Shown here in pieces: positions 9,866 through 21,396 of a stretch of DNA of 64,000 nucleotides (its first letter is position 1; each line of letters opens with the position of its first letter). Position numbers and translations under genes: made by a program. A model generated the notes under the pieces. It was not told where the DNA came from. It saw nothing but the letters and a program-made list of their open reading frames with translations, and searched no databases. Origin of the DNA: Hormiphora californensis (taxonomy: Eukaryota; Animalia; Ctenophora); the NCBI GenBank assembly GCA_020137815.1, contig CM035356.1, positions 4,960,001 through 5,024,000 of the forward strand, given 5' to 3'.

Positions 9866-11458
9866 ATGGTGTTACAGACCTGCACAGTACCCATGAACTT
9901 TGGTAGACACTACCTGGAGTTAAGGGGACTTAACGATCTACAGCTCATCTGCAGTGGAGGTGAAGTTGTCCAAACCAGTTCATTTCCCCTCGCTATGAAC
10001 AGCTTGGTGGTGTCAGAGTTGGTGGGGGAACTTCAAATGAAGGAACTCGACGTGGAAGAGTTTTCCCATTCTTCCGTCCAATGTTTTGTTGAAGCTTGTT
10101 ACACGGGATCTGTTATTCTCACCAGGAAAAACTTTCGGGAGGTTAACAAACTTAGTGCAGTGTTCAAAGTTCAATGGATGATAGACGAGTGTCTAAAATT
10201 CTACACCGACCTCTGCTCGGAGCTGACAACAGGATCTCGAGAGGCGGCATGGTTCCTATTTCAGGAAGCTGGGTACATCCTCAAGGAGAGGAACAACAAA
10301 GACCTACAGCTTGCTCTGGATACCAGTCTGGGAAAATTGTCTGACCTCCGATTGTTGCTGGTGAAAGATTTCACTTCCCGTGATCCCAACAAACAGGAGT
10401 TTGTGTACACAGATCTGTGTATTTCCCTGGCTGGCAGATCAGTCACGGTTCTGTTTGAATGGCTCATTCCACACGTTGAGAGCAAGACCCCTCCTGTGAA
10501 GCTTAGTGGTGTTAAGAAACGGTTACTGACGTCCGAAACATTGGCCCTTTGTTCCCAAGGGGCTCCTGAATTGTACCAGAAGTTGGTTACAACACTGCAA
10601 CATTCTCTGTCAAACGATGATCTTGGAGCCTTGTTTACGATGTTCTCTTTGGTACAAATGTCACCACCCACTACTTCTATGAGTTCCAAGGAGAGTCCTC
10701 AGAAGTTAGTTTACCCAATTGAAATACCAGCTCTTGGAGAGTGCACATCATTGCTTGATGCTGTTAAAGTGATTGATGGAGAACCGAGAATTAATTCATG
10801 TGTCCAGTTTGTAACTTCTCTGCTTTACTGCGGTGATATATATGGTGATACAAATTCACCAGAGATAGTTGATGCAATAACAGCAGCACTGGACAAGAGA
10901 CGTTACAATACTACCCATGGGTTACTTGGGGTATCACCAGTAACTTCAAATCCTTTTGCTGGACGGTTTCCTGGATTGATGCAAGTTGTGGCACATTATA
11001 TGGAAGGGAAAGAGGGCAATGGGTATAGATTAGGCAATCATTTGATATATCATGGTCCTCTAAAGATTCCATTGCAGCACTCTACATACATGTTCCTCGA
11101 CCTACATGAGGGTCCTAGTTACTGTGAAGAAAACCCAAAAGGATCCAATAAAAGATGTAAAGTGGCTTTGAAAGTTTCACTGGCTATACAAAATGAACAA
11201 TCATGGCCAGTTATTACTCTCGAGTTAGTGACACATCAAGGTATTTTAGACGCTAAAACAGACTCTCATTTACATCAAGACCCTGAGTTTCTACAGCACA
11301 TGTTTGTTAAGGGTTATAGTTGTGGTAATTTGGTACCCCTTATATGCTGTAGTAATCTCAACTCCCCTAATGCTTCACTCCTGAAAATCTACAAAGACTA
11401 CAAACCTGGATTTAATGTTGGAATGTATGTCTATTGGCCTCTCAAAAAACTTGAATAA
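9866..11458 (+). CDS. BTB/POZ-domain protein, paralogue 2 (530 aa)
   Basis: N-terminus nearly identical to paralogue 1; acceptor-like CCCAAATAG 9 nt before the ATG. Confidence 0.85.
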   Translation: MVLQTCTVPMNFGRHYLELRGLNDLQLICSGGEVVQTSSFPLAMNSLVVSELVGELQMKELDVEEFSHSSVQCFVEACYTGSVILTRKNFREVNKLSAVFKVQWMIDECLKFYTDLCSELTTGSREAAWFLFQEAGYILKERNNKDLQLALDTSLGKLSDLRLLLVKDFTSRDPNKQEFVYTDLCISLAGRSVTVLFEWLIPHVESKTPPVKLSGVKKRLLTSETLALCSQGAPELYQKLVTTLQHSLSNDDLGALFTMFSLVQMSPPTTSMSSKESPQKLVYPIEIPALGECTSLLDAVKVIDGEPRINSCVQFVTSLLYCGDIYGDTNSPEIVDAITAALDKRRYNTTHGLLGVSPVTSNPFAGRFPGLMQVVAHYMEGKEGNGYRLGNHLIYHGPLKIPLQHSTYMFLDLHEGPSYCEENPKGSNKRCKVALKVSLAIQNEQSWPVITLELVTHQGILDAKTDSHLHQDPEFLQHMFVKGYSCGNLVPLICCSNLNSPNASLLKIYKDYKPGFNVGMYVYWPLKKLE

Positions 11459-12205
11459 AACTTTAATTATTGCATGTTTAGTGACTCCAAGTTCCAGCAC
11501 AGGAAACACGATGAGATCGGTGATTGAGAGATTAAACAGTTTTTATTGAAAGACAATTATAGAACTCGTACAGTTTTAATATGGCATATAAAATACTAGC
11601 GCACCCATTGGGTGCGCCCCAAGTAAGGGCGTTTTGATAACCCACCCGGCTCCGCCAGGTGGCCCTCTTTTTCCCACATATGTCACCAATTCAATGGTTG
11701 CCATGGCAACTAAATCGGTAACTATGGAGACTGAATTGCTAAATTATGTTCCGAAATGATCACAAACTGCCAGCAAAGTAAAAACAACTGCTCCCAAAAG
11801 AGGGCCGGGTGTTAAACGTAACGCTTTGGGTTTGACATCTGATTTAGAGTTCTATTCGACACTCCCATAATGATGGGTGTGGTAATTTAAACATGTGACA
11901 CTGTGCAGTGTACAGAGCTGATGACTGTGAGATATGTGACACTGACAGGGCCTGGTTTCTGATGAGATGAAATGTGATCGGATAGCAGGAGCAGTGAGCA
12001 CACATCAAGAGGACCCAAAACAATTTAAATCAGTGCCATAGCAACATGAAGTGGTCATGGCAGGAAGTTATCATTCCAGGAACGCGCGCATCGGAAGGAG
12101 AAGTTAAAGCAGTCGTTGCCCCTTCATACCATTTCCCCTCCCTGTATTTCCTTGACACAAATCTAACCTAAACCCTTGTAACTTGTTCCCAAATAGAGAG
12201 TCACC

Positions 12206-13789
12206 ATGGTGTTACAGACCTGCACAGTACCCATGAACTTTGGCAGTCACTACCTGAAGTTGAGGGGACTAAACGATCTTCAGCTCATCTGCAGTGGAGG
12301 TGAAGTTGTCCGAACCAGTTCATTTCCCCTGGCTATAAACAGCTTGGTGGTGTCAGAGTTGGTGGGCGAACTTCAAATAAAGGAACTCGACGTGGAAGAG
12401 TTTTCCCATTCTTCCGTCCAATGTTTTGTTGAAGCTTGTTACACGGGATCTGTTATTCTCACCAGGAAAAACTTTCGGGAGGTTAACAAACTTAGTGCAG
12501 TGTTCAAAGTTCAGTGGATAATAGACGAGTGTCTAAAATTCTACACCGACCTCTGCTCGGAGCTGACAACAGGATCTCTAGAGGCGGCATGGTTCCTATT
12601 TCAGGAAGCTGGGTACATCCTCAAGGAGAGGAACAACAAAGACCTACAGCTTGCTCTGAATGCCAGTCTGGGTGGATTGTCTGACCTCCAATTGTCGCTG
12701 GTGAAAGATTTCATCTCCCGTGATCCCAACAAACAGGAGTTTGTGTACACAGATCTGTGTATTTCCCTGGCTGGCAGATCAATCATTGTTCTGTTTGAAT
12801 GGCTCATTCAACTCGTTGAGAGCAAGCCCCCTCCTGTGAAGCTTAGTGGTGTTGAGAAACGGTTACTGACGTCAGAAACACTGGCCCTTTGTTACCAAGA
12901 GGATCCTGAATTGTTCCAGAAGTTGGTTACAACACTGCAACATTCTCTGTCAAACGAAGATCTTGGATCCTTGTTTGCGATATTCTCTCTGGTACAAATG
13001 TCACCACCCACTACTTCTAGGAGTTCCAAGGAAAGTCCTCAGAAGTTAGTTTACCCAATTGAAATACCAGCTCTTGGAGAGTGCACATCATTGCTTGATG
13101 CTGTTTAAGTGATTGATGGAGAACCGAGAATTAATTCATGTGTCCAGTTTGTATCTTCTCTGCTTTACTGCGGTGATATACACGGTGACTCTAATTCACC
13201 AGAGATAGTTGATGCAATAACAGCAGCACTGGACAAGAGACGTTACAATACTACCCATGGGTTACTTGGGGTATCACCAGTAAGTTCAAATCCTTTAATT
13301 GCTAGACGGATTCCTGGATTAATGCAAGTTGTGGCACGTTATGTTGAAAGGAAAGAGGACATTAATAATAATATAAATTTGAGTGAAATATACAGTGATC
13401 GTCTAAAGATTCCATTGCAGCACTCTACATACAATTTCATCGACCTACATAATGGTCCTAGTTACTGTGATGAAAACCCGAAAGGATCCAATAAAAGATG
13501 TAAAGTGGCTTTGAAGACTTCACTTGCTATAAAAGATGAAGAATCTTGGCCAGTTATTACTCTCGAGTTAGTGACGGATAAAGGTATTTTAGACGCTGTA
13601 ACAGATGCTCACTTTCACCAAGACCCTGAGTTTCTACAGCACATAGTTGTTGCTGGTTTTAGTGGTAATTTGGTCCCCCTTACATGCTGTAGTAATCTCA
13701 ACTCCCCTAATGCTTCACTCCTGAAAATCTACAATGACTGCAAAGCTGGTTATGATTTAGATGTGTATGTCTGGTGGCCTCAAACTTGA
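12206..13789 (+). pseudogene. BTB/POZ paralogue 3 with a premature stop
   Basis: GTT AAA in the paralogues is GTT TAA at 13106-13108; the frame continues unchanged to 13789. Confidence 0.8.
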
Positions 13790-14266
13790 CTAGCACTTTA
13801 ATTATTGTACTGAGTAAGTTTAGTGACTCCAAGTTCCAGCACATGAAACACGATGAGATCGGTGATTGAGAGAGAAAAAACAGTATTTGTTGTTAAGACA
13901 ATGAAAAAAGACACCAACTCATATTATGGTTTGATATCCAATCAAGGATGTGTGTGTGGTATTGCATGATTCTTTAGTAACTGTTAAATGACGTGTTGCA
14001 TGTTTCATATAAGTATATCCCTCACAGAGTAAAAGGGTAAAGTTACCATGTTCCTTTCTTACTGTTGGGTTATTATATTAAAGATATAATGATTATTTTA
14101 ATTTTTCATACTTTTTATTCCCTCTTATTTGCAGTGCTTACTTCCAAAACATGGCTTGACCAAATACCAATGTCCCTAATCAACCCAGCACTAACTCTCC
14201 CTTTCTCTCTATTTTTTCCTTGACACAAATCTAACTTAAACCATTGTTCCCAAATAGAGAGTCACC

Positions 14267-15859
14267 ATGGTGTTACAGACCTGCACAGTACCCATGAACT
14301 TTGGTAGACACTACCTGGAGTTGAGGGGACTTAACGATCTACAGCTCATCTGCAGTGGAGGTGAAGTTGTCCGAACCAGTTCATTTCCCCTCGCTATGAA
14401 CAGCTTGGTGGTGTCAGAGTTGGTGGGGGAACTTCAAATGAAGGAACTCGACGTGGAAGAGTTTTCCCATTCTTCCGTCCAATGTTTTGTTGAAGCTTGT
14501 TACACGGGATCTGTTATTCTCACCAGGAAAAATTTTCGGGAGGTTAACAAACTTAGTGCAGTGTTCAAAGTTCAGTGGATGATAGACGAGTGTCTAAAAT
14601 TCTACACCGACCTCTGCTCGGAGCTGACAACAGGATCTCTAGAGGCGACATGGTTCCTATTTCAGGAAGCTGGGTACATCCTCAAGGAGAGGAACAACAA
14701 AGACCTACAGCTTGCTCTAAATACCAGTCTGGGAAAATTGTCTAACCTCCGATTGTTGCTGGTGAAAGATTTCACCTCCCGTGATCCCAACAAACAGAAG
14801 TTTGTGTACACAGATCTGTGTATTTCCCTTGCTGGCAGATCAATCACGGTTCTGTTTGAATGGCTCATTCCACACGTTGAGAGCAAGCCCCCTCCTGTGA
14901 AGCTTAGTGGTGTTGAGAAACGGTTACTGACGTCCGAAACACTGGCCCTTTGTTCCCAAGAGGATCCTGAATTGTACCAGAAGTTGGTTACAACACTGCA
15001 AAAATCCCTGTCAAACGAAGATCTTGGAGCCTTGTTTACGATGTTCTCTTTGGTTCAAAAGTCACAACCCTCTACTTCTAGGACGTCCAAGGAGAGTCCT
15101 CAGAAGTTAGTTTACCCAATTGAAATACCAGCTCTTGGAGAGTGCACAACATTGCTTGATGCTGTTAAAGTGATCGATGGAGAACCGAGAATTAATTCAT
15201 GTGTCCAGTTTGTATCTTCTCTGTTCCACTGCGGTGAAATATACGGTGATTCTAATTCACCAGAGATAGTTGATGCAATAACAGCAGCACTGGACAGGAG
15301 ACGTTACAATACTACCCATGGGCTATTTGGGGTATCACCAGTAAGTTCAAATCCTTTTGCTAGTTGGCTTCCTGGATTGATGCAAGGTGTGAAACGTTAT
15401 GTGGAAGGGAAAGAGGGCATTGGACATAGGTTAGGCAGTGATTGGATATACAATGGTCCTCTAAAGATTCCATTGCAGCACTCTACACACATGTTCCTCA
15501 ACCTACATCATGGTCCCAGTTACTGTGAAGAAAACCCAAAAGGATCCAATAAAAGATGTAAAGTTGCTTTGAAAGTTTCACTGGCTATACAAAATGAACA
15601 ATCTTGGCCAGTTGTTACTCTCGAGTTAGAGACAGATCAAGGTATTTTAGACGCTAAAACAGACGCTCACTTTCACCAAGACCCCGAATTTCTACAGCAC
15701 ATTTTGGTAACGGGGTATAGTCGTGGTGATTGGGTTTCAGTAATAAACTGTAGTAATCTCAACTCCCCTACTGCTTCACTCCTGAAAATCTACGAAAACT
15801 GGAAAGCTGGAAATTATTTGCAGATGGGTATCTGTTGGCCTTATCAAAAACTTGAATAG
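14267..15859 (+). CDS. BTB/POZ-domain protein, paralogue 4 (530 aa)
   Basis: full-length ORF homologous to paralogues 1-3. Confidence 0.85.
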   Translation: MVLQTCTVPMNFGRHYLELRGLNDLQLICSGGEVVRTSSFPLAMNSLVVSELVGELQMKELDVEEFSHSSVQCFVEACYTGSVILTRKNFREVNKLSAVFKVQWMIDECLKFYTDLCSELTTGSLEATWFLFQEAGYILKERNNKDLQLALNTSLGKLSNLRLLLVKDFTSRDPNKQKFVYTDLCISLAGRSITVLFEWLIPHVESKPPPVKLSGVEKRLLTSETLALCSQEDPELYQKLVTTLQKSLSNEDLGALFTMFSLVQKSQPSTSRTSKESPQKLVYPIEIPALGECTTLLDAVKVIDGEPRINSCVQFVSSLFHCGEIYGDSNSPEIVDAITAALDRRRYNTTHGLFGVSPVSSNPFASWLPGLMQGVKRYVEGKEGIGHRLGSDWIYNGPLKIPLQHSTHMFLNLHHGPSYCEENPKGSNKRCKVALKVSLAIQNEQSWPVVTLELETDQGILDAKTDAHFHQDPEFLQHILVTGYSRGDWVSVINCSNLNSPTASLLKIYENWKAGNYLQMGICWPYQKLE

Positions 15860-16207
15860 CACTTAAGTTATTGCATGTACTGAGTAAGTTTAGTGACTCC
15901 AAGTTCCAGCACATGAAAAACGATGAGATTGTGGTTGAGAGAAAAGACAGTATTTGTTGTAAAGACAATGAAAAAAGACACCAACTCATATTATGGTTTT
16001 ATATCCAATCAAGGATGTGTGTGTGGTATTGCATGATTCTTTAGTAACTGTTAAATGACGTGTTGCATGTTTCATATATCCGGGGGGGTCGTCATGTTAA
16101 TGTTAATGTTTCATGAAAATTTTTAAAATGTTAACATTAACATTATTAACATTATTAACATTATTAACAAAAAAAGAAGCTTTTTTAAGTCTTTTTGAAG
16201 CTTTTAA

Positions 16208-17507
16208 GTGTACGCTAACCAAAATTTTTCTTCGAGTGCAGGGAAATCTCTCACCGCAGGGTTGTAGGCCATGCCAAGGAGACCTCAAATATGCAATTTT
16301 AGCCCTCAAGTCGAATTCATATTTTTGCTACAGCCGTTTTAAAATCGTCTTGAAAATTTCTGAAAAGACGTTTTTGACACCCTAAAAATACATTTTCAGG
16401 GCTAGAAGCTTAAAATTATGGGGATTTGAAGGGGATAGGAAGGTTTATCGACACAAAAATTTTTATTGAAATCGGTGATGATTTTCGTTCGTGAGATTGA
16501 TTTACTTTTTTCCCTCTTAAAGGCCCTATTTAGCAAAGTTCCGAAAGTTTGTGAAGGCTGTAAATTGGTGAAAAGTTGCGTCTAACGATTATCTAAGTGG
16601 CCACAAATTTTTGGCGTGTCCTTATTTGAGACAAGTTGTACAGAGCTTTTTTTGTGAAAGCCGTTTTTTTAGAAATAAAGAAATAGCCTGTATCTCAAAA
16701 ACGACTGATTTTAGAGACCTGAGACCAAGCTTAAACGATTCAGAAGGTCCGATTTTGGGGGGGTCTTCTGAGAGACATTTTTCTCCTACTTCAACGGTTT
16801 TCGCTGTAATTGCGAAAAACAAATCCTTTAAAGAGGGCAAAAGAGGAGTTCCGACAGCCTGCTTCGTGCTGCTTTTCCACCTTCTTGCTAAATCCTTTTT
16901 CGCAATTACAGCAAAAACCGTTGAAGTAGGAGAAAAATGTCTCTCAGAAGACCCCCCCAAAATCGGACCTTCTGAATCGTTTAAGCTTGGTCTCAGGTCT
17001 CTAAAATCAGTCGTTTTTGAGATACAGGCTATTTCTTTATTTCTAAAAAAACGGCTTTCACAAAAAAAGCTCTGTACAACTTGTCTCAAATAAGGACACG
17101 CCAAAAATTTGTGGCCACTTAGATAATCGTTAGACGCAACTTTTCACCAATTTACAGCCTTCACAAACTTTCGGAACTTTGCTAACTAGGGCCTTTAAGA
17201 GGGAAAAAAGTAAATCAATCTCACGACCGAAAATCATCACCGATTTCAATAAAAAATTTTGTGTCGATAAACCTTCCTATCCCCTTCAAATCCCCATAAT
17301 TTTAAGCTTCTAGCCCTGAAAATGTATTTTTAGGGTATCAAAAACGTCTTTTCAGAAATTTTCAAGACGATTTTAAAACGGCTGTAGCAAAAATATGAAT
17401 TCGACTTGAGGGCTAAAATTGCATATTTGAGGTCTCCTTGGCATGGCCTACAACCCTGCGGTGAGAGATTTCCCTGCACTCGAAAAAAATTTTTGGTTAG
17501 CGTACCC
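16208..17507. mobile_element. 1.3-kb foldback element with ~610-bp TIRs, flanked by TTAA (Kolobok-like termini), nested in the element above
   Basis: TTAA|GTGTACGCTAACC...GGTTAGCGTACCC|TTAA; near-perfect arms 16208-16819 and 16896-17507 around a ~76-bp spacer. Confidence 0.85.
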
Positions 17508-17710
17508 TTAATCCCGCTTTAATAGATCATTTGCGTTATTTTTGACAATATTATACGTACTACCCATCCAATCAACACTGATATACAGTCGAACCCCGAT
17601 TTAATGGCCCCCGATTTAGTGGCACCCCGATTTAGTGGCAGGATTTTTTCCCCAAAAATTTTTTTGAATTTTTTTTGTGAATTTTTTTTTGAATTTTTTT
17701 GACCCGCCAC

Positions 17711-18857
17711 TAGTGCGGTAATATGACGAAAATTTTTCGGCATAATCGTTCTAAAGCTAATTCCACTTCTAGGGTACTCTATAGGGTCCCTAGAATCAAC
17801 CCCTGAAGTTGTCGCAAGATCGGCGATGAAGAACTTGCCTTAATTGGGCCTAATTGGTGCTTTCAGCCTGAAGCCAAAACCATAAGTACCCTTAAAATAG
17901 GAGTATAGACAAAACCGAGGGCACTAAAGTGATCAGCGTCCTCGCATTAGTGGGGGTAGGTGCTGGAATTAAGTCTCTATCTCATCTGGTTAATTAGTTA
18001 ATTGGATAATTAGATCTGCACATAGCCGTTTTCGGCCATATGGCTATAGCCACTTAGGAATGGTTTAGAGACATTTCACGGGTGCCATCTTGTAGACAAT
18101 GGCCAAGTTGTGGGTGGTCGACGTCGGACTTTTATGCTCTATCTCCAACCGTTTAGCCGTTATTTGGTTTGCTCAAAATCGGGCTTTTTACCGTTTTTTG
18201 CTCATTTTGAGCACCTTTAAAGCCAAATAACGGCTAAACGGTTGGAGATAGAGCTTAAAAGTCCGACGTCGACCCCCCATAACTTGGCCATTGTCTACAA
18301 GATGGCACCAGTGAAATGTCTCTAAATTAACCATTCCTAAGTGGCTACAGCCATATAATGGCCGAAAACGGCTATGTGCAGATCTAATTATCCAATTAAC
18401 TAATTAACCAAATGAGATAGAGACTTAATTCCAGCACCTACCCCCACTAATGCGAGGACGCTGACCATTTTAGTGCCCTCGGTTTTGTCTCTACTCCTTT
18501 CCTAACATAGCTATAGCCATATGGCCAAAAACGGCTATGCGCAGAGCTGATTATCCAATTATCTGATTAACCAGATGAGATAGAGACTTAATTCCAGCAC
18601 CTACCCCCACTAATGCGAGGACGCTGATCACTTTAGTGCCCTCGGTTTTGTCTCTACTCCTATTTTAAGGGTATTTATGGTTTTGGCTTCAGGCTGAAAG
18701 CACCCTGTAACCAATCAGGCCCAATTAATGCAATTTCTTTATCGCCGATCTTGCGACAACTTCAGGGGTTGTTTCTTGGGACCCTATAGAGTATCCTAGA
18801 AGTGGAATTAGCTTTAGAACGATTATGCCGAAAAATTTTCGTCATATTACCGCACTA
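17711..18857. repeat. Internal ~1.15-kb palindromic module of the composite transposon
   Basis: TAGTGCGGTAATATGACGAAAATTTTTCGG... mirrored by ...CCGAAAAATTTTCGTCATATTACCGCACTA; partial internal duplication at ~18500-18660. Confidence 0.85.
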
Positions 18858-19549
18858 TTTATACATTAAACTGGTGTTCTTTACTCGTATACCCCTCCTT
18901 TGTTATAATGACCCTTTTCTTACCTCAAAACCTTTGATGAAATCCAAACAATTATCCTAGCTATGAAATATCTGCCATGGGAGATAGTGAGTTTATGATA
19001 GAAACACCTAAACACACCTAAAAACACATAAAACAGCTATAAACCGACTAAAAACATCTAAAACGCGATTTTTGTTAATTTTGTTAATTTTGTTAATTTT
19101 GTTAATGTTTCACCAAGGGTCGTTTGTTAATTAACAAAACATTAACAAAATTAACATGACGACCCCCCCATATATCCCTCATAGAGTAAAAGGGTAAAGT
19201 TACCATGTTCCTTTCTTACTGTTGTTTTTTATCGAAATTTTTATTTCCATTAAAAATAACAGGGGGTTGAAATAATACTTTCTATCCCCTGTTGTTTGCA
19301 GTGCTTACTTCCAAAACATGGCTTGACCAAATACTTGGCTCCGCGCGAAAAAGAGGGCGCGACGTGCCCAAACCAAATACCAATGTCCCTAATCAACCCA
19401 GCACTAACTCCCTTTCCCTATCGCACACTATCTTTCTCTCTCTTTCTTACCCAATCATCTTATTGTTGCCCTCATTTTACCATTTCTCCTCCCTGTATTT
19501 CCTTGACACAAATCTAACCTAAACCCTTGTTCCCAAATAGAGAGTCACC

Positions 19550-21169
19550 ATGGTGTTACAGACCTGCACAGTACCCATGAACTTTGGCAGGCACTACCTG
19601 GAGTTGAGGGGACTTAACGATCTACAGCTCATCTGCAGTGGAGGTGAAGTTGTCCGAACCAGTTCATTTCCCCTCGCTATGAACAGCTTGGTGGTGTCAG
19701 AGTTGGTGGGGGAACTTCAAATGAAGGAACTCGACGTGGAAGAGTTTTCCCATTCTTCCGTCCAATGTTTTGTTGAAGCTTGTTACACGGGATCTGTTAT
19801 TCTCACCAGGAAAAATTTTCGGGAGGTTAACAAACTTAGTGCAGTGTTCAAAGTTCAGTGGATGATAGACGAGTGTCTAAAATTCTACACCGACCTCTGC
19901 TCGGAGCTGACAACAGGATCTCTAGAGGCGACATGGTTCCTATTTCAGGAAGCTGGGTACATCCTCAAGGAGAGGAACAACAAAGACCTACAGCTTGCTC
20001 TGAATACCAGTCTGGGAGAATTGTCTGACCTCCGATTGGCGCTGGTGAAAGATTTCACTTCCCGTGATCCCAACAAACAGGAGTTTGTGTATACAGATCT
20101 GTGTATTTCCCTGGCTGGAGGAGAGGAAGTGATAGTTCTTTACGAGTGGCTGATTGGGAATATTGAAGGTAAGCCCCCTCCTGTGAAGCTTAGTGGTGTT
20201 GAGAAACGGTTACTGACGTCCGAAACACTGGCCCTTTGTTCCCAAGGGGCTCCTGAATTGTACCAGAAGTTGGTTACAACACTGCAACATTCTCTGTCAA
20301 ACGATGATCTTGGAGCCTTGTTTTCGAAATTCTTTTTGACTCTGGTTCAAATGATACCAGCTGCAACCCAATCCTCCAGTAGCTTCCAGGGAAGTCCTCA
20401 TCATGTTATATACCCAATTGAAATACCAGCCTTCGGAGAGTGTACAACATTTCTTGATGCTGCTAAAATAATTGACGGAGAACCGAGAATTATCTCCGGG
20501 TTCCAGTTTATATGTTCTCTACACTATTGTAATGCCATGTATGACGTGCATGATGTGACATCTTCACCGGATGTTGTTGATGTGATAACAGCAGCACTGG
20601 AGAAGAGACGTTACAATACTACCCATGGACTATTTGGAGCTAAATGTGCCGCTTATGGCTTTTCAGGTAGCTTTTCCTAAAATATATGAGGTTGTGGAAC
20701 AGTACATGGAAGGGAATTAAGTACAGGGAGGGGCATGAGTTAGATAGCTGTGTGGTATACAATGGAAGGCTAGAAACCCCTTTGGAGCATTCTACAAAAC
20801 GTGTTTTTTGACCTCCATGCTGGACCTAGTTACTGTGCAGAAAATCCACGAGGATCGGGTAAAAGATGTAAGGTGGGATTTAAGGTGTCACTTGTGGTGA
20901 AGGATACACTTTCCTGGCCAGTTGTTACTCTCGAGTTGGTGACAGATCAAGTAACTTTGGGACTTGAAACAAACGTTCATTTTCACCAAGACCCTGAACT
21001 CCTACAGAACACGTTTGCAATGGGTTCCAGTGGTGACGAATGTTGGGTCCCTTTCATCTTGTGTAGTGATCTGAACACCTCTACTGCTTCACTTCGTGTA
21101 CTCTTTGGAAAGTGTAATCAGAACAATATGGGAGTAGAAATCTTTTGGCCTCGACAGAGACTTGCTTGA
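19550..21169 (+). pseudogene. BTB/POZ paralogue 5: divergent C-terminus, several frameshifts/stops at ~20670-20800
   Basis: homologous segments FPKIYEVVEQYMEG, GHELDSCVVYNGRLETPLEHST and FFDLHAGPSYC lie in different frames; some shifts are in homopolymers and could be sequencing errors. Confidence 0.7.
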
Positions 21170-21270
21170 CTTTACTACTTCTTAGATCTACTATACTAAT
21201 TCTATTGGCACCACCGGCCGGTAGTGTTGAAGATCTAGTTATCTGCAATTTGCGGCGAGTTCGTAGTGTT

Positions 21271-21379
21271 CAGGAACCGACTGAATCAGGAAATACTGGT
21301 CCCTGATTGGCTGATAACCAGTCACGTGACCTAAATAACGAGTTCTGATTGGTTGTTTACTTGTTTCGGTCGGTTCCTG
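21271..21379. mobile_element. 109-bp hAT-like MITE
   Basis: TIR CAGGAACCGAC / GTCGGTTCCTG; 8-bp TSD GTAGTGTT / GTAGTGTC. Confidence 0.85.
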
Positions 21380-21396
21380 GTAGTGTCCAATGGTTA

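Larger units (their letters stand above)
16082..19169. mobile_element. Non-autonomous composite DNA transposon with GG...CC termini and 8-bp TSD (Merlin-like; MULE/foldback not excluded)
   Basis: TIR GGGGGGGTCGTCATGTTAAT / ATTAACATGACGACCCCCCC; TSD ATATATCC at 16074-16081 and 19170-19177; paralogous empty sites near 9570 and 14010; TTAACA subterminal repeats. Confidence 0.85.

Noticed and set aside
16611-17104. Mirror-image 160-aa ORFs
   Set aside because: Artefact of the inverted repeat; non-ATG starts and no transposase motifs
915-21169. RT next to genes with variable C-termini as a diversity-generating retroelement
   Set aside because: The RT is a standard APE-type LINE; there is no template repeat and the differences are not adenine-specific
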